Shown: positions 37,815-52,989, numbered from the stretch's first letter. The stretch: 64,000 nt of DNA from Octopus bimaculoides (GCF_001194135.2 NC_068984.1:55128559-55192558), one strand, 5' to 3'. A program made the numbers and translations. Notes: generated by a model not told the origin, from the letters alone.

Positions 37815-40800
37815 TTTTTTTTGTTGATCATTCCATTTAGACATATTCATATATATGTATGTGAGTGTGTGTATGTATACGTAAAATGTTTGCGAGGAGC
37901 TGTACTAAAATGAGCACAGACACAAAACGAATGTCTGACCACTAACTATTCAGACTTTGTGTTATCTGTAGTGTTATCTGTAATGAAACAGATAAGAGTA
38001 CTGAGTAAAAGTAATTATTATTGGATGATGCATAAATACATTTACATTCACCAGTGGGGGTAACCTGTTATGATCTAGAGTTAGATGTTGTGCTAGATGA
38101 TTGTTACGGTTTGTGCTGCTACTGAATATTTTTCAACGATTGTTGACTGAAAGCCAAACCTGGATCAATAGATAAGAGTAGTTTCATTTGCTTTCGTTAG
38201 AAATTCCAGTGGAAAATTTTGCAAATTTTTGTAACAGATCATTTAACTATGTCATTAACCATAGCTTGAAATTAGGTATTGGAAAACTCTGTTGATGATT
38301 ACACTACGAAAATTCAGACTTTAACCTTCTGTAATGTGGAGAACGATATTAGCTAAGCCCTCCAGTAGAATAGGGAGGAGTCTTTCGTATTATCCTTCTT
38401 CTGAAGTCGCCAGATAAAACGGAACATTGAGTTAGCAGTCAAGAGACTCTTAATTTCAGACTTCTTAAGTTGATTTGGCAGATAATTTAGACAATTTAAA
38501 TTAAAGCTCACTATTTTGGATTGATGCTACTAGCTTGAAACCACTGCCCTTTTCAAGAAACCAAATTGTGTTTTATATTATTTCTTTTATAAATACAGGA
38601 ATAAAATAAAATGTTACAACATTTAAAAGAATATTAACAGAAAATTAGGCTGTTGATAAGAAGGCAAATTAACCACTTTTCCGATAGAATGATCACTAAT
38701 ATAAAAAAGACGAAACAACATAGTTCACATTTGTATTATTTTAAATATTTGTTCCTGAATATTTGTCATTGATATCATGTAAAAAGTGTGGCTAACTCGA
38801 AAAAGAAAAGAGATATTGACTAGAAAGAACTGAAATGATTGCAATCGAAAGAGATTGGCAGTAAAGATAAAATGGATATCGACAAATAGAGAAGATGCAG
38901 CTGCAAATTCATAGCAATTGTAGAGTATCAACTTTTAAAATAAAGATTTACTTTAAAAAATTAGAAAAACATGAACACTGATGTGAAGTATCGATAATTT
39001 TCTTTCCACGTGGTAACGTGGCTGTGAGGCAGGAAAACAAAATAAACATATAGACATGCATGTACTTAATAATGTAAGAATAGCATTAAATGCTCTATAT
39101 AATAAAGATAGTAAGAATTTGGAGAAGATATTAACAGTGTGAGAGAAATATGTTACCGAAGCTAAATATGTGATACAAGTACAGTGTTTTGGGTGGTATT
39201 TTAGTACTACTTCAAAGAGGTCTAACGACAATTTTGTGCTGGGTAGTATTTATACGAAAGATTGATCGGTTGTAGATAGATGTTCTAGGTAAAAGTGTGC
39301 TCTATTGCTCTATCAGTGATGAACTGAGAAAAAACAACAATACCAACTAAAATTTGACAGTGGATACAAAAGAGTATTTAATTTGGTGGAGCTCATTTCC
39401 AAAATATCCAGAATTTTCACACGTTTATATCTATACTACTGAGTGACTACAGAATATGATATAAGCATTAAAATTATGAACTAATTATGTAATTTATTAA
39501 AAAGTAAGATATCAAAAATTAATAGTTGATCTCTACTTGTGATATATTACTAGCGGAGTTTAGAATGCTATTTCATATATAACGATGTTATGGTTTGCTG
39601 CTTGAAAGTAAGCCAGCATATATTAATTATTAATAAAACACAACTGAGAAAAACTCGAAAACCTGATTTTATGATTATCATATGTAAGGAAATATGATAA
39701 GTGTTGTGAATATTATTTGCTGTACTATTGCTTTCAAAGACGGGAATCATTTCAAAGCTAATAATAACCTGAAGTAATCGCTGATGGATTGAGTGAAACA
39801 ACTTTATCCAAATTTTTTTGCGGTTAGAAGAGATACTTTATTTCTGATTTTGCAATAAATGTTTGTATAAAATAAAGGTTTATAATAGTACGAGTTGATT
39901 AATCTAGATTGGAAATGAAGCTAATGTAAACTAAATAGCACTTGTTGAAAAATTGCTTCAGTAGCTAAATGTATGTTTCGAAGATTTAAATGGAGTTAAA
40001 GCAAGTTGAATGTCTAAATCATACGCATCAGATAATTGTTGTTAAGTGTAAGATATCACCACAGGGAAAATTGACATACGATTATAGCTGATAATTCCGA
40101 AACAATTTACCTCAAATGCAGGCGATAACACCCACAGAAATTTTTATGTTATAAGAAGTGCGTGCATTTAACGTACACTACCTGTAATTTTTAGTTAATT
40201 TCGGATTACTAACCTCACAAAATCCTTAATCAGATAATTTTATTGCGAGCAGCTCAATATGCATTGCGCAGTTACAAGAATTCACTATTAAGCTACAGTA
40301 TAAATCCCTATCTGTATGCGGAGACACTATATTGATTTTGTTATTAATTACAGAGAAACAGTCGGATCAGAGAAAACTAGTGATGATTTGTGTTGGAAAG
40401 TAGTAAAGGCAAAATGTTCACACAGTGAAATAATTATGCTGCGAAGAGAGGGAGGAGAAAAGTTTTACTAATGCTGGCTGTCACATAAATTGGGAATAAG
40501 GTGAGTGAGAAAACATTATTATAACAGTAAAGAAAACGGAGAGGTGGTAAAATAAGGGATGCAGAAAGAAAGACACAAGGTAAACAAGGGGAAAGAGGCT
40601 TCACTAAAAATGGTAAAGGCTGGATGGAGGCCACCATCAAAACTAAAAGGAAATTAAAAGAAACGCCCACTAATTTTTTTTAAATGTTGAGAAGACGAGA
40701 CAAAAATAGGCAGTCACTATGCAAACATATACCCCATACGTACGTACTTATGCAGATGTCTTCACTGAAACCGATAAAGAGGTGTAATTAAGGCGTACAA

Positions 40801-43039
40801 TATATGTGTGTGTGTGTGTGTGTATGTGTGTGTGTGTGTGTGCGTGCCTGTGTGTGTGCGTGTGTGCGTGTGTGCGTGCGGGTGTGTGTGTGTGTGTAAA
40901 ACTAAGTAAAGTTAGCGGTTGGATTAACCGTCTGAGGGATAAGAATACCGGTCTAAATTACCTATGTTAACCCTGGGCATGCATATGCAAGCATACTATG
41001 CTCATAGGGTACAGGTAATAAAAAGATGAATATTATTCTCATAATTTTCTATGGCGGCACCGATGATAGAGTCAGCAGAAACGGCTGTTAGCAATGTTAA
41101 GTTTTGACGGTAGTCAATTTGGGTGTTGATCAAAAGTGTTCTACATTTTCTGGTTATTTTAAATTATATATATATATGTGACAATTAGTTGGTTGTCACA
41201 TATTGTATTTATAGATACATTCCTCAATTTTACATGATATCTAGGTCTCATTCATTCTTTTGTTGCAATATTATTATTATTAATATCCCACTGATTGAGT
41301 TTTCTGTATTTTTCTTTTCCCAGTTTGTTAAATATTTTGTTGATATGTGGTTTGTTACCCTTTCTTTAGTATCCCCTAAGCATTTTGTCCAGCGTGATGT
41401 TCTGAAATTAATCAGCAAGAACTTTTGCATATGGTACTCTACGAGTAAGTTTGGGATACTTAAATTCTCTGGAAATCTTCTTCTGCAATAGGGATAGGAA
41501 TTTTCATCTATTTGGGTCACTAGACTGTGAGAAATAGTCTGTTTGTACATTTATTGTTTTTCATAAAAGAGATCATGCGCCACCGAGGTTTTAGAAATGC
41601 TGAAAATCATTCCCCCTGTAAGTATTTGGAATAGCCGCAGTTATGATGGGTCTATTTCATTGAAATGAATAACTTGTGAATCAGATCTAAAAGAGTGTAT
41701 GTGGCAAGTCCTCTTTTTCGTGGCATTATTTGTGACAACATTTGTAATCAATTTTATTAAAAAACATTTGACCGTGAATGAAATTTGACCTCACATCACT
41801 AAATTTGCTTTCTTGTTTAAATTAATATCAGCTGATATGTCATTATCAGGAGCATCTCCAATTAATCAAAAATTCTGTTAAAACTGCCACTTTGCTACTG
41901 ATTCTAGAGAAGGACGAATTTATGCAGTGAGAAGGCATGTGAGGAAGAGAAAGGGAGAGAGATAGAAAATGAGATGAAGAGAATCTGAGAGTGAATAGAG
42001 TGTTGATAAAATGAGTATAAAATATAGAGAAATAAATAATGATGGAGAGGAGAGAAAGGAAACAGAATTCCTGGAACTACAGTGTGGATCCTGGAAGAGG
42101 GTAGAATAACGAAATAAAGAGCTTTAGTACGTTACCAGTGTGGTGGTAGTAGAGTAGCACCTGATAGTTAAATACAATGAGAGTTGAGAAAATGAACATA
42201 CATACACAAGCTTTCTAAAGTATATGAGCAGATACGACCGAGCTGAGGGGTCGCTTACTTCGTCAGGTTATTTATCCTGGATACCCTAAAAAATGCACAC
42301 ACTCCATAAATCGGTAATGTGATGATCTGACAATCTCGTGCCATGTAAGCGGCTTAACCATGTATACGTTTTAGGTACTTTGAAAAAAGAAACGTTGATG
42401 TCCTTGAGATTTGAACTTAGATCGTAAAGAAGTTGAACAAATATCATTCAGCGTTCTTTTGCTGATACTCTTATGATCCTTCCAGTTGATACTCTTATGA
42501 TCTTTCAAGCTTACTACTCTCACAAACGAGCAACAATGATGCTTATTGTTTTATTCATATCATTGCGTTTTATTCCAAGTAACCTTATATCTATATGAAA
42601 CCGTATTTTTGCATGCCTTTATTTTAGCTTTTACTTTATATGTTGATTTGAAGTTTCATTATTATTTGGTGTCTCATAAAATGAAGGTTTAAGTAGAGAA
42701 TAACACGTGTGACTATTCTTCCATCACAAAAAATTGTAAAGTTATACTGACATACAGTAGAACTGTAATCAAAATACCAATTAGCAAACAATCATTGGAA
42801 TGCAAAGAGTAACAGTAGTCCTAGCCTAGAAGAGTCAGACATTGAAATAGGAAAGGTATGGGATGTATTAGGTTACAATGTAGAGAGGAAATATAGAAAG
42901 TTTTCAATGGCAGACTTGATTTTCTCATGTTTCAAAGGAAATTTTCTTACAAAAGAGAATTCATTTTTTTTTTTATATGTTTGATATTTAATATGCAAAA
43001 ACATTAAAAACTAGTTCGTTTTTTAGCATTCACCTCGTA

Positions 43040-43412
43040 GCAGGAAAGGTTATGCGGTTAATAAGGTTGCATTGCAGGTATGGGATTTTGGATCCAGTCC
43101 CACAACGTAGGATGTTCTGTATAATAGCTGCGGGCTGATCAGTGCCTTGTGAGAAAATTCGGTTGACAGAAACTGTACGGGTAGCCGTTGTAAGTATATG
43201 TACATGTGTGTATCTTTGTATTTGTTCCCTTACTGCTTCGCAACCGGTGTTGGATTTTTACGTCCCTCTAGCCTCGCGATTCGGGAAAGAGGCCGATAAA
43301 ATAAGTACCAGATTTAAAAATCGGTATTGAAGTCGATATGGTCGACTAAACCCTTCAAAGCGGTTCCCCAACATAGCCGCAGCCAATGCCTGAAACAAGT
43401 AAAGGATTAATG
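43040..43412 (+). mobile_element. Diverged OR-like SINE
   Basis: GGATCCAGTCCCAC B-box, GCCTTGTGAG...CAGAAACTG, GAGGCCGATAAAATAAGTACCAG, and tail GAAACAAGTAAAGG. Confidence 0.75.
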
Positions 43413-44447
43413 ATAGCAAACCTCTGGGGACACTGATGGGTAAGAGTGGAAAATAACATAATAATCTGCTTTATACTGGATACATAGTTATTATTTTTAA
43501 CACCCGAAACTAGCTCAGTCCTTTGTGCCTGTAACTGACACTACATTTACAGCCTTTCAGTCAAACCGTTGAAAGTACCATTCAATGTTATATTTGTTGT
43601 AAGCAGTAAGAGATAAAATAATTCACACAATATTCTTAGCATGCATAAAGTGAAATTTACTGCGTCCATGGATCTCGAATAACTAGGATGTAATCGCCCT
43701 AGTGTTTTCATTTCTTTTTTCTTTATGTTTTCAGTAGTGCTCCATCTCGCAGTCGAACTATAAAAATATGCATAAATAGCTGTAGCAAGAAGACATGTTT
43801 ACACATGCAAACAAGCTTTAAACAATTGCGAATCAAATCAATAACACGACTATCTTAATTAGAACATAATAGACCGAATGAAACAATATCACGAAAAAAT
43901 ATAACAATAAAATTTTCCTCAATGTAACAGCCTGATATAAAACTGTTCAATATAATATAAAATCAACAATACTGCTGCAATTTTTCTCAATTTATATAAT
44001 ACATGGTGCGAACAAAAGATTCATTTAAATCATGCCAAAATTAAACCTACATTAAATGATAAAGTTCATAAGGTATACAAAAATGTAGGCAAATATAAAA
44101 GCATTGATGCATTCGTATGTGTGTGTGTGTGCATGTGTGTGTGCGCGTGTGTGTATGTGTGTGTTTGGTGCGTGCATGTGTATAATGGGGAGTGTATCTA
44201 TGTGCGTGTGAGGGAATCTCTGTATAAGTGTCTGCAGAAACACAAATATAATATTTGCAATAAGATAAATGTGTCTGTTGATCTATTTGTTTACTAGAGA
44301 CTGAACAGGAATCATATCGATGCAACTTGCACGGGTGGGTGTATGCATGTCAGTGCGTGCATGTACATACGTAAAATGCAGATAAACTATGCACTTTGTA
44401 ATAATTTTCATGGTGGACGCCGTTTATAGAATCGATCAATACGAAAC

Positions 44448-44498
<51 letters not shown>

Positions 44499-44660
44499 GG
44501 ATGAGAAAAGTTCGATGGTGTAATATTTGGACCCTGTATACATTGACTAAGAATGTTCTCATTCAACTTCAAATACACTCTTGAACTCTTCAACATTGAC
44601 ACGGGCTATTCTCCCACTCATATGGCAAAGCGGTTTTTGTTCAACACACACACCCACACA

Positions 44661-44720
<60 letters not shown>

Positions 44721-47681
44721 AACACACACACACGCACACACGCACGCACACACAGATACACACACATATGTATATATACGTATATGTATATAGTACAAGT
44801 TCATGTATCTGCCATTTGATCACTCAGTTTAATGTATCTTATTTCGTCACTTATTGACTATCTCTAATGCAAAACTATGCACTGAATAATCTCTCTCTAC
44901 AAAGATCAAAAACCATACTACTGTCAAAACATTATTTTTAAGAAAACGTTTTAGTTCATATGCACGTAAATATTTGTCTGTGCTCGTGTGTAAAATCATG
45001 ATTAACATCTTCGTGCACACTTGGACGCGCGAAAACTTTTCGCTTTAAAAGTAGTTTCGGGAGAAAATTCTCATGGATAATGTGTGTGAAAGTACATCAT
45101 TTTGGCAATTAATGATTATACATATATTTCATTTACCGCTGTCGCATGTCCCTCCAGATAATGTATATGTGTGTATATTCGTGTGTGTATGGGTATGTGT
45201 GAGTGTGTGTGCGTTTGTGTGCGTTGGCACTAAATCACCTTCTTATAACTAGGGTGTTGGATGTGATATGCAGTTGAGACATTTACAAACAGAGATTGTT
45301 TAATGTATAGTTGTGCAGTGGAGATTGAGTGGAAAACATGAAACATATCTAATCTGGGGTGCAGGCAATTGCTACATAGACGTGTATAATATTAGTGAAT
45401 CGAACTGGATCATACATAAAGGTTGTGATATTGACAGGGTCTAGAAAGACAACAACTTAACGTGTTGCGAAAAAGTTGTTCTCCTGTCATGAAAACCGAA
45501 TATGGTCTCCAATCATGGAAATTGCAGCGGTCAAGTTGTCGCAGTGGGTACAAACTCGATGAAATGAGGTAAAAACGGCTTTAAACATTATTACCAAGAC
45601 TAGGCTATTTTACGAGACTGATAAACCCATACGCTTCCGATGTAATTCAATAACTAACCGGAGCAACAACAAAAAAAGTGTACTGGAAAATGCTTTATAG
45701 CGTCAGCACAAAAGAGTTATCATGCCATTTACATATTTTATAATTGTCCAGACATTTTCTCGTGATATTGTCTGTGAGACCCAAAGTATATCAGCAAGCA
45801 TAATGGTATGGGTTTTGAAAAGCTTGAAGGCTTTAACTCTGCAATTGTTGTCATAGATGAATTGCTTGTCTACGAAATTCTATTCGCCATCAAACAGTCT
45901 CACTATCCCTCCATTGCTTTACAGTATTTACAACTTTGGGTCCTACGAAGTCATATCAGAACAATTATAAAACCTGTCAATAGCACGTAAATTCTTGGGT
46001 GTCAATACCATTATGAATCTTCTGGTATGTTTCCTAGTATGGCTTGATTATAGAATTGCCGAAAATTTGAGATATGTAGGTTTATCAATATCCTTTTCAT
46101 TTATGTCCGAATGTTTTCATTTCAGAATCACTAAAATCTTCATAAAATTGCTAAAATTACATACCATAAAAGCTTACCCGCCTCCACTTCATGTCCACTG
46201 ATAGACTAAGGGTAAAGAACTTATCATTTTTCTTCATCTTTATCTTCCCTTCAGTAAAATATTACCGTCAAAGTATTTTCTATGAAGAATTAGTATCTAC
46301 TTTCTAAAACTCATAGAAATCCATATCTCCTAAGATTAAACCAACTTTTTTATAGTACACCTTGTGACTGCAATTTCAACAGAGCACTAACAGACATATT
46401 TCTTTCTTACTATTATTCACAGTTTGTGTTCTACAGCACATTTTTCTTGCTGTCACCTTATATAAATCCACCTAATGTAGAAACTTTAATAACGCACACA
46501 TCTTTTATGCAATCATGATTTTGAATACTCTACTCAGTTCATTTTTACTACAGTTAACTAAAGTCACCCTAGTAACTCATTGTATTCTAATGCATTTGAT
46601 TCTGTGCTATTTCTTTAATAAAACATTTATTACCGTTTTACTATATTTTCTTAACCATTGTCTTCATAGCTCTTTTTATGAAGTTTTAATTTGAGTTCTG
46701 TTACAACANNNNNNNNNNNNNNNNNNNNNNNNNNNNNNNNNNNNNNNNNNNNNNNNNNNNNNNNNNNNNNNNNNNNNNNNNNNNNNNNNNNNNNNNNNNN
46801 NNNNNNNNNNNNNNNNNNNNNNNNNNNNNNNNNNNNNNNNNNNNNNNNNNNNNNNNNNNNNNNNNNNNNNNNNNNNNNNNNNNNNNNNNNNNNNNNNNNN
46901 NNNNNNNNNNNNNNNNNNNNNNNNNNNNNNNNNNNNNNNNNNNNNNNNNNNNNNNNNNNNNNNNNNNNNNNNNNNNNNNNNNNNNNNNNNNNNNNNNNNN
47001 NNNNNNNNNNNNNNNNNNNNNNNNNNNNNNNNNNNNNNNNNNNNNNNNNNNNNNNNNNNNNNNNNNNNNNNNNNNNNNNNNNNNNNNNNNNNNNNNNNNN
47101 NNNNNNNNNNNNNNNNNNNNNNNNNNNNNNNNNNNNNNNNNNNNNNNNNNNNNNNNNNNNNNNNNNNNNNNNNNNNNNNNNNNNNNNNNNNNNNNNNNNN
47201 NNNNNNNNNNNNNNNNNNNNNNNNNNNNNNNNNNNNNNNNNNNNNNNNNNNNCACACACATATAGACATATGTGTGCATGCGTGTGTGTATGTGTGTGCG
47301 TGTGCGTATGTACATATAAATATGTGTATGTGACCTGTGAAACCACCTCAACCAACAGTGGATATTTTTTGTTGAAACTTACATATATCTGTTAATTATA
47401 ATACTCTAGATTTCAATGTAGATTGTAAAAAAATTTACATAAATTAATTAACATTCTATACAAGCGTTATCTGTGAAACTATATTTTCAAATATCGCAAA
47501 TTCCGAAATGAAATGTCACATAAGGATAATGAAGGTTGTTGTATAAAAAATATTGATAACGGCAGACAAGAACAGGTTTGTATAGCGTAAATATTAAAAA
47601 TATTGAGTGAAACAATATATGCTTCAAATTTGTACGTACATCATATTACATTAAAACTTACAACGACACACATTCACATCG

Positions 47682-47745
<64 letters not shown>

Positions 47746-47768
47746 NNNNNNNNNNATCTATCTATCTA

Positions 47769-47808
<40 letters not shown>

Positions 47809-48158
47809 GCGCGCAAATCTAAATATCCATTTCTTTGCGCCATTTTATGTTAAAACGACAGGCTGCTAAACGTTTAACGTTTCAATAAATATTGATTAAT
47901 GAAAACAGCTCCGAATATAGACGAGTGATGAGGCCTGTATGGTTGACTAAAACCAGTCTATACAGAACTGAGGCATGGTGATATTGCGGTGACTAGAAGC
48001 ATTAGAATAATAAACGAAAAATATCTAGAAACGTAGAAATATAAGATCAATTATACACCAATCACTTGATAGAATATCCTTAGCCTGGAGACTTATACTG
48101 GAGTCTATCTCTCCCTCCCTCTCTCTCTCTCACTCTCCTTATCTCTCCTCTCTCTCTC

Positions 48159-48208
<50 letters not shown>

Positions 48209-49134
48209 NNNNNNNNNNNNNNNNNNNNNNNNNNNNNNNNNNNNNNNNNNNNNNNNNNNNNNNNNNNNNNNNNNNNNNNNNNNNNNNNNNNNNNNNNNNN
48301 NNNNNNNNNNNNNNNNNNNNNNNNNNNNNNNNNNNNNNNNNNNNNNNNNNNNNNNNNNNNNNNNNNNNNNNNNNNNNNNNNNNNNNNNNNNNNNNNNNNN
48401 NNNNNNNNNNNNNNNNNNNNNNNNNNNNNNNNNNNNNNNNNNNNNNNNNNNNNNNNNNNNNNNNNNNNNNNNNNNNNNNNNNNNNNNNNNNNNNNNNNNN
48501 NNNNNNNNNNNNNNNNNNNNNNNNNNNNNNNNNNNNNNNNNNNNNNNNNNNNNNNNNNNNNNNNNNNNNNNNNNNNNNNNNNNNNNNNNNNNNNNNNNNN
48601 NNNNNNNNNNNNNNNNNNNNNNNNNNNNNNNNNNNNNNNNNNNNNNNNNNNNNNNNNNNNNNNNNNNNNNNNNNNNNNNNNNNNNNNNNNNNNNNNNNNN
48701 NNNNNNNNNNNNNNNNNNNNNNNNNNNNNNNNNNNNNNNNNNNNNNNNNNNNNNNNNNNNNNNNNNNNNNNNNNNNNNNNNNNNNNNNNNNNNNNNNNNN
48801 NNNNNNNNNNNNNNNNNNNNNNNNNNNNNNNNNNNNNNNNNNNNNNNNNNNNNNNNNNNNNNNNNNNNNNNNNNNNNNNNNNNNNNNNNNNNNNNNNNNN
48901 NNNNNNNNNNNNNNNNNNNNNNNNNNNNNNNNNNNNNNNNNNNNNNNNNNNNNNNNNNNNNNNNNNNNNNNNNNNNNNNNNNNNNNNNNNNNNNNNNNNN
49001 NNNNNNNNNNNNNNNNNNNNNNNNNNNNNNNNNNNNNNNNNNNNNNNNNNNNNNNNNNNNNNNNNNNNNNNNNNNNNNNNNNNNNNNNNNNNNNNNNNNN
49101 NNNNNNNNNNNNNNNNNNNNNNNNNNNNNNNNNN

Positions 49135-49198
<64 letters not shown>

Positions 49199-49379
49199 GA
49201 TGTCGCCGTTATTGTCTTCATTTTATCATCGTTTTTCCCTGCATACCTAGATTGCTCGGGATCCTTTCCGTTTCGGAATCTCACAAAATCCTTGCGGTTA
49301 TTTGTAGTATTTTTAAAATGTAGTTCAGCCTCTTAGCATTCTCAAATCGATTTACCCACCCCATTTTTTTTCTGCATCT

Positions 49380-49545
49380 TGTTTGATCGTCATCGGCAGT
49401 TTTCTACACTTTGTATTACTTGGTACTTCTCTAACCATCGATCGCCTTCCATATGCACCATATGTCTGTACCAATGCAATCTTCCATCCTCTGCACTATA
49501 GCTGATTCCTTGTATACTCACCTTTTCTCTTAGCTCATTATTGCT
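49380..49545 (-). mobile_element. Highly decayed 3' end of an RTE-clade LINE
   Basis: Minus-strand translation NELREKVSIQGISYSAEDGRLHWYRHMVHMEGDRWLEK resembles the RTE C-terminal ELR...RRLRWxGHVxRM motif. Confidence 0.5.
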
Positions 49546-49768
49546 TTATTATTCATGGAAACTAATAGTACATGTTCAAAAAGGTATAGTTACCTCATTT
49601 AATCCTAGACTTCGCATTTCTAAATATTCAGTCTCATATGTCTATAATACAACACTTCGTTCTAAAGAGTGATGCAGTTTGCCCGCCATTCAGACTGAGA
49701 ATCTCCCGTTTCCCACAAAAGTAAGAGCGCCCTGGACATTTCGCTTTATTATGGCCACTATGCTTTCA

Positions 49769-49935
49769 GGAGCGGGAAATTGGCAGAATTATTAGAGCAT
49801 CGTGTGACATACCTTGTGTTATTCGTTCCGGCTTTCTGCTCTCTGAGCTCAGATCCTGATGATGTCAACCATTTTTCCTTTCTTTTTGGGTCAATAAATA
49901 AACTACTGCTCTAGCATCGGGATCGACTCGGCACT
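49769..49935 (+). mobile_element. Degenerate OK-like SINE
   Basis: GCGGGAAATTGGCAGAATTATTAG head, CTCTGAGCTCAGATCC B-box, degenerate central motif. Confidence 0.55.
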
Positions 49936-51347
49936 CCCTCTTCTTCTTTGGATGGTAACTGTAATTCAAAGTACAAGTCTTATTGTACAGTGTCACGCTG
50001 GCGCAAAATTGAACCTGATAATAATGTTAAGAGTCCACGTAATTGTGAGATTGCTAAGTAATTTTACAAGTGGAAATTCAATTAGTGAAACAAATCAATG
50101 CCCTTCGGTAAAACTGATGGAGAATCCACTATGATTTCAAAACTTCCACCAGCACTGGTAATTTGGGATTAAGGTAACAGAATCTGTTGGCATCTATATT
50201 AAATGAGCCTTCCAGAAATTTAAATTAGTAACATTGGTGTTCTCAATGCTGACTACCCTTGTGCACATGTTACGTACAAAGTATTTCTACTTTGTAAGAC
50301 TGCTTCGGATAACATTTTATCTTTTATGCAACCAAAATTTATAACGTGTACGCTGCTTCGAATTTCTTCCAATTCTTTTTCTCATATCGCATATAACTAT
50401 TTTCAGAGGGTGGTAGACTTCGGTCTAATTTTTTTTATAAACTAAAACCTTTAGCTTTGTTAGGTCTATTTAAAACCTATTGCTTCAAGTAATTGCCTCA
50501 CGGCTTACGAGATTTTTTTCTCTAATTCTTCGACAGCTTCACCTATGATTAAGCTTATCGCAGCAACATTCGAAATATCGGCCACACGCTCACGCGTACA
50601 CAACCTTTGAAAGTTACAAATATTCTGTAAATTAAAAAGTACTTTATCAAAAGTATGCAGGTTAAATTTTATGGTTTTCTCTTCTAAATAGATTGTGGAT
50701 TTTTAACACTGTAGCCAATTTTGAAAATGGTTGCATTTTAAGAAGCTAGATAGCTCCATTTAAGACTTTTGCTTGTAAAAGATCTGTAAGATCAATGACT
50801 CTGTTTATGTCAAATATATATTTGGGGTAATTACTGATAAAATTAATTACTTTTCTAAACAATAAATACCCTTCTCACAATTCAATATTCTGTGTACAAA
50901 TGTTATATGTTCGACCAATAAAATCCCTTCATTTCAAACTTATTCAATCAAACCGTTTCTACTAACTTAAACATTTGCAATGTATTTGGTTTAAGAACGT
51001 AATATATAATGGTACTTATAGTGTTGATTAAACTCATTTCACCTTTTTGGCATTTAAGAGTTTACAGTCATAAATACACATACACTAACACACATACATA
51101 TATATATATATATANNNNNNNNNNNNNNNNNNNNNNNNNNNNNNNNNNNNNNNNNNNNNNNNNNNNNNNNNNNNNNNNNNNNNNNNNNNNNNNNNNNNNN
51201 NNNNNNNNNNNNNNNNNNNNNNNNNNNNNNNNNNNNNNNNNNNNNNNNNNNNNNNNNNNNNNNNNNNNNNNNNNNNNNNNNNNNNNNNNNNNNNNNNNNN
51301 NNNNNNNNNNNNNNNNNNNNNNNNNNNNNNNNNNNNNNNNNNNNNNN

Positions 51348-51383
<36 letters not shown>

Positions 51384-51597
51384 TGTATTCACACACCTCC
51401 TCAAATTACAGTGTATGTAGAACTACTCATATACCGAAAGAACACGTCTCAACGGATAGTAATGGTGGCGAGCGAGGAACTGCAGTCTAGTGAATGGATA
51501 TATGAGCGTGTGTATATGTACACACACATACACACGCATACACACACAAAAACACACACGGATGCACATTCATACACACACACATATATGTAGGTGT

Positions 51598-52000
51598 ATG
51601 AGTGGCTGTGTGTTAAGAAGCTTCCTTCCCAACCACATGGTTCCGGGTTCAGCCCCACTGCATGGCACCTTGAGCAAGTGTCTTCTACTGTAGCCTCGGG
51701 CCTTCTGAGTGGATTTCGTAGACGAAAACTAAAAGAAGCCCGTCGTATACATATGCGTGTGTGTGTGTGTGTGTGTGTGTGTATTTGTGTGCCTGTGTTT
51801 GGCCCCCCACCATCGCTTGACGTCCGATGTTGATATGTTTACATCCCCGTAAACTAGCGGTTCGGAAAAAGAGACCGATAAATTAAGTATTAGGCTTAGA
51901 AAGAATACGTCCTGGGGTCGATTTGATCGACTAAATGCGGTGCAGCAGCATGGCTGCAGTCAAATGACTGAGACATGTAAAAGAATAAAAAATAAAAGAA
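51598..52000 (+). mobile_element. OR-like SINE, near full length
   Basis: GAGTGGCTGTGTGTTAAG A-box, GGTTCAGCCCC B-box, GGCACCTTGAGCAAGTGTC, internal (GT)n, 3' part and (TAAAA)-rich tail. Confidence 0.85.
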
Positions 52001-52002
52001 TG

Positions 52003-52150
52003 AATTCACGAAAAACCAACAGACGAAGACAGGTGATGTAAACAACAAATGGTTGTATTAGTATAACGCTCGGGAATAGAGAAAGTCTTGAACGTTTCGA
52101 GCCTAGGTTCTTCAACAGAAAGCAACACAGAAAGAAACAAGGAGAGAAAA
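52003..52150 (-). mobile_element. Family D PLE-pLTR-like repeat with the best-preserved variant hammerhead (52087-52122)
   Basis: Minus strand reads CTTT CTGTTGA A GAAC CTAG GCTC GAAA CGT T CAAG. Confidence 0.7.
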
Positions 52151-52989
52151 ATTATCCATATATCTGGATAATAACCTTATAACGTTCTTTCCAATGTTCT
52201 ACAGGTATCGGCTACCAGATGATATCATACAGCAGGACTTCACCTTTAATATGATATACATGTGAAAATGCACGAGTATTCACAGAGTCTATACAAAAGA
52301 ATTTTATTACTAGATGGAATGAATAGGCTTTATTACAAATCACTACAACTATTGCGGCGCCTCAGTATCAGCTGGTAATTGCTGAATGTTACATATATTA
52401 TACAGATTATTGCATTAATATGATTCCACAATTGCTTTATACAAGCACGTCGTCAGATGAGTAGATTCCAAAGAACTGCTAGATCATCTTTCGCTTCTCT
52501 CTGTTTTATACCCACACCACTAAGGAATTTCGAGCATTTCATTGACGAAAAAGAATTCGGCTATATAATGAGACAGAAATGAGAAAAAAATGCCAAAAGT
52601 AAATAAATTGATGGAAATAAAAATGAAAAAATAAAGGAAATCCTTATGCACTCCATTCTTAACCACGGACTTGTTTCCATTTTTAGGAAAATAAATTGAC
52701 GTTCTAAGATAATAATGTCGTAAAAAAGTAAATATGAGCCATTACAAGTCTCTTGTGTCTCTTGCCGTTCCGCTTCAAAGACAATCAGTTATTTAACACA
52801 GCAGAAGACAAAAATCTGAGTCCATCCAGATTAAATTTTGGTCCTATAGTACTGTCGCTTGGCTTTGTCTTAATTGCTTTAAAAGGCATTAAAAGAGGCT
52901 ATTACATCACGGAGATTTACCACTACCCACTCTTATGCAGACGTAAAAATTTATTTAACATTAATATTATTATGTATGTACATACATAT

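Noticed and set aside
41248-41550. Minus-strand 100-aa ORF with a faint GIY-YIG-like GDTKERVTNH
   Set aside because: No GIY or YIG motif and no Cys cluster could be read.
42205-42270. Minus-strand CTGACGA...GAAAGCTT, a possible eighth hammerhead
   Set aside because: Stem II needs bulges and extra bases, and stem I has only 2 pairs.
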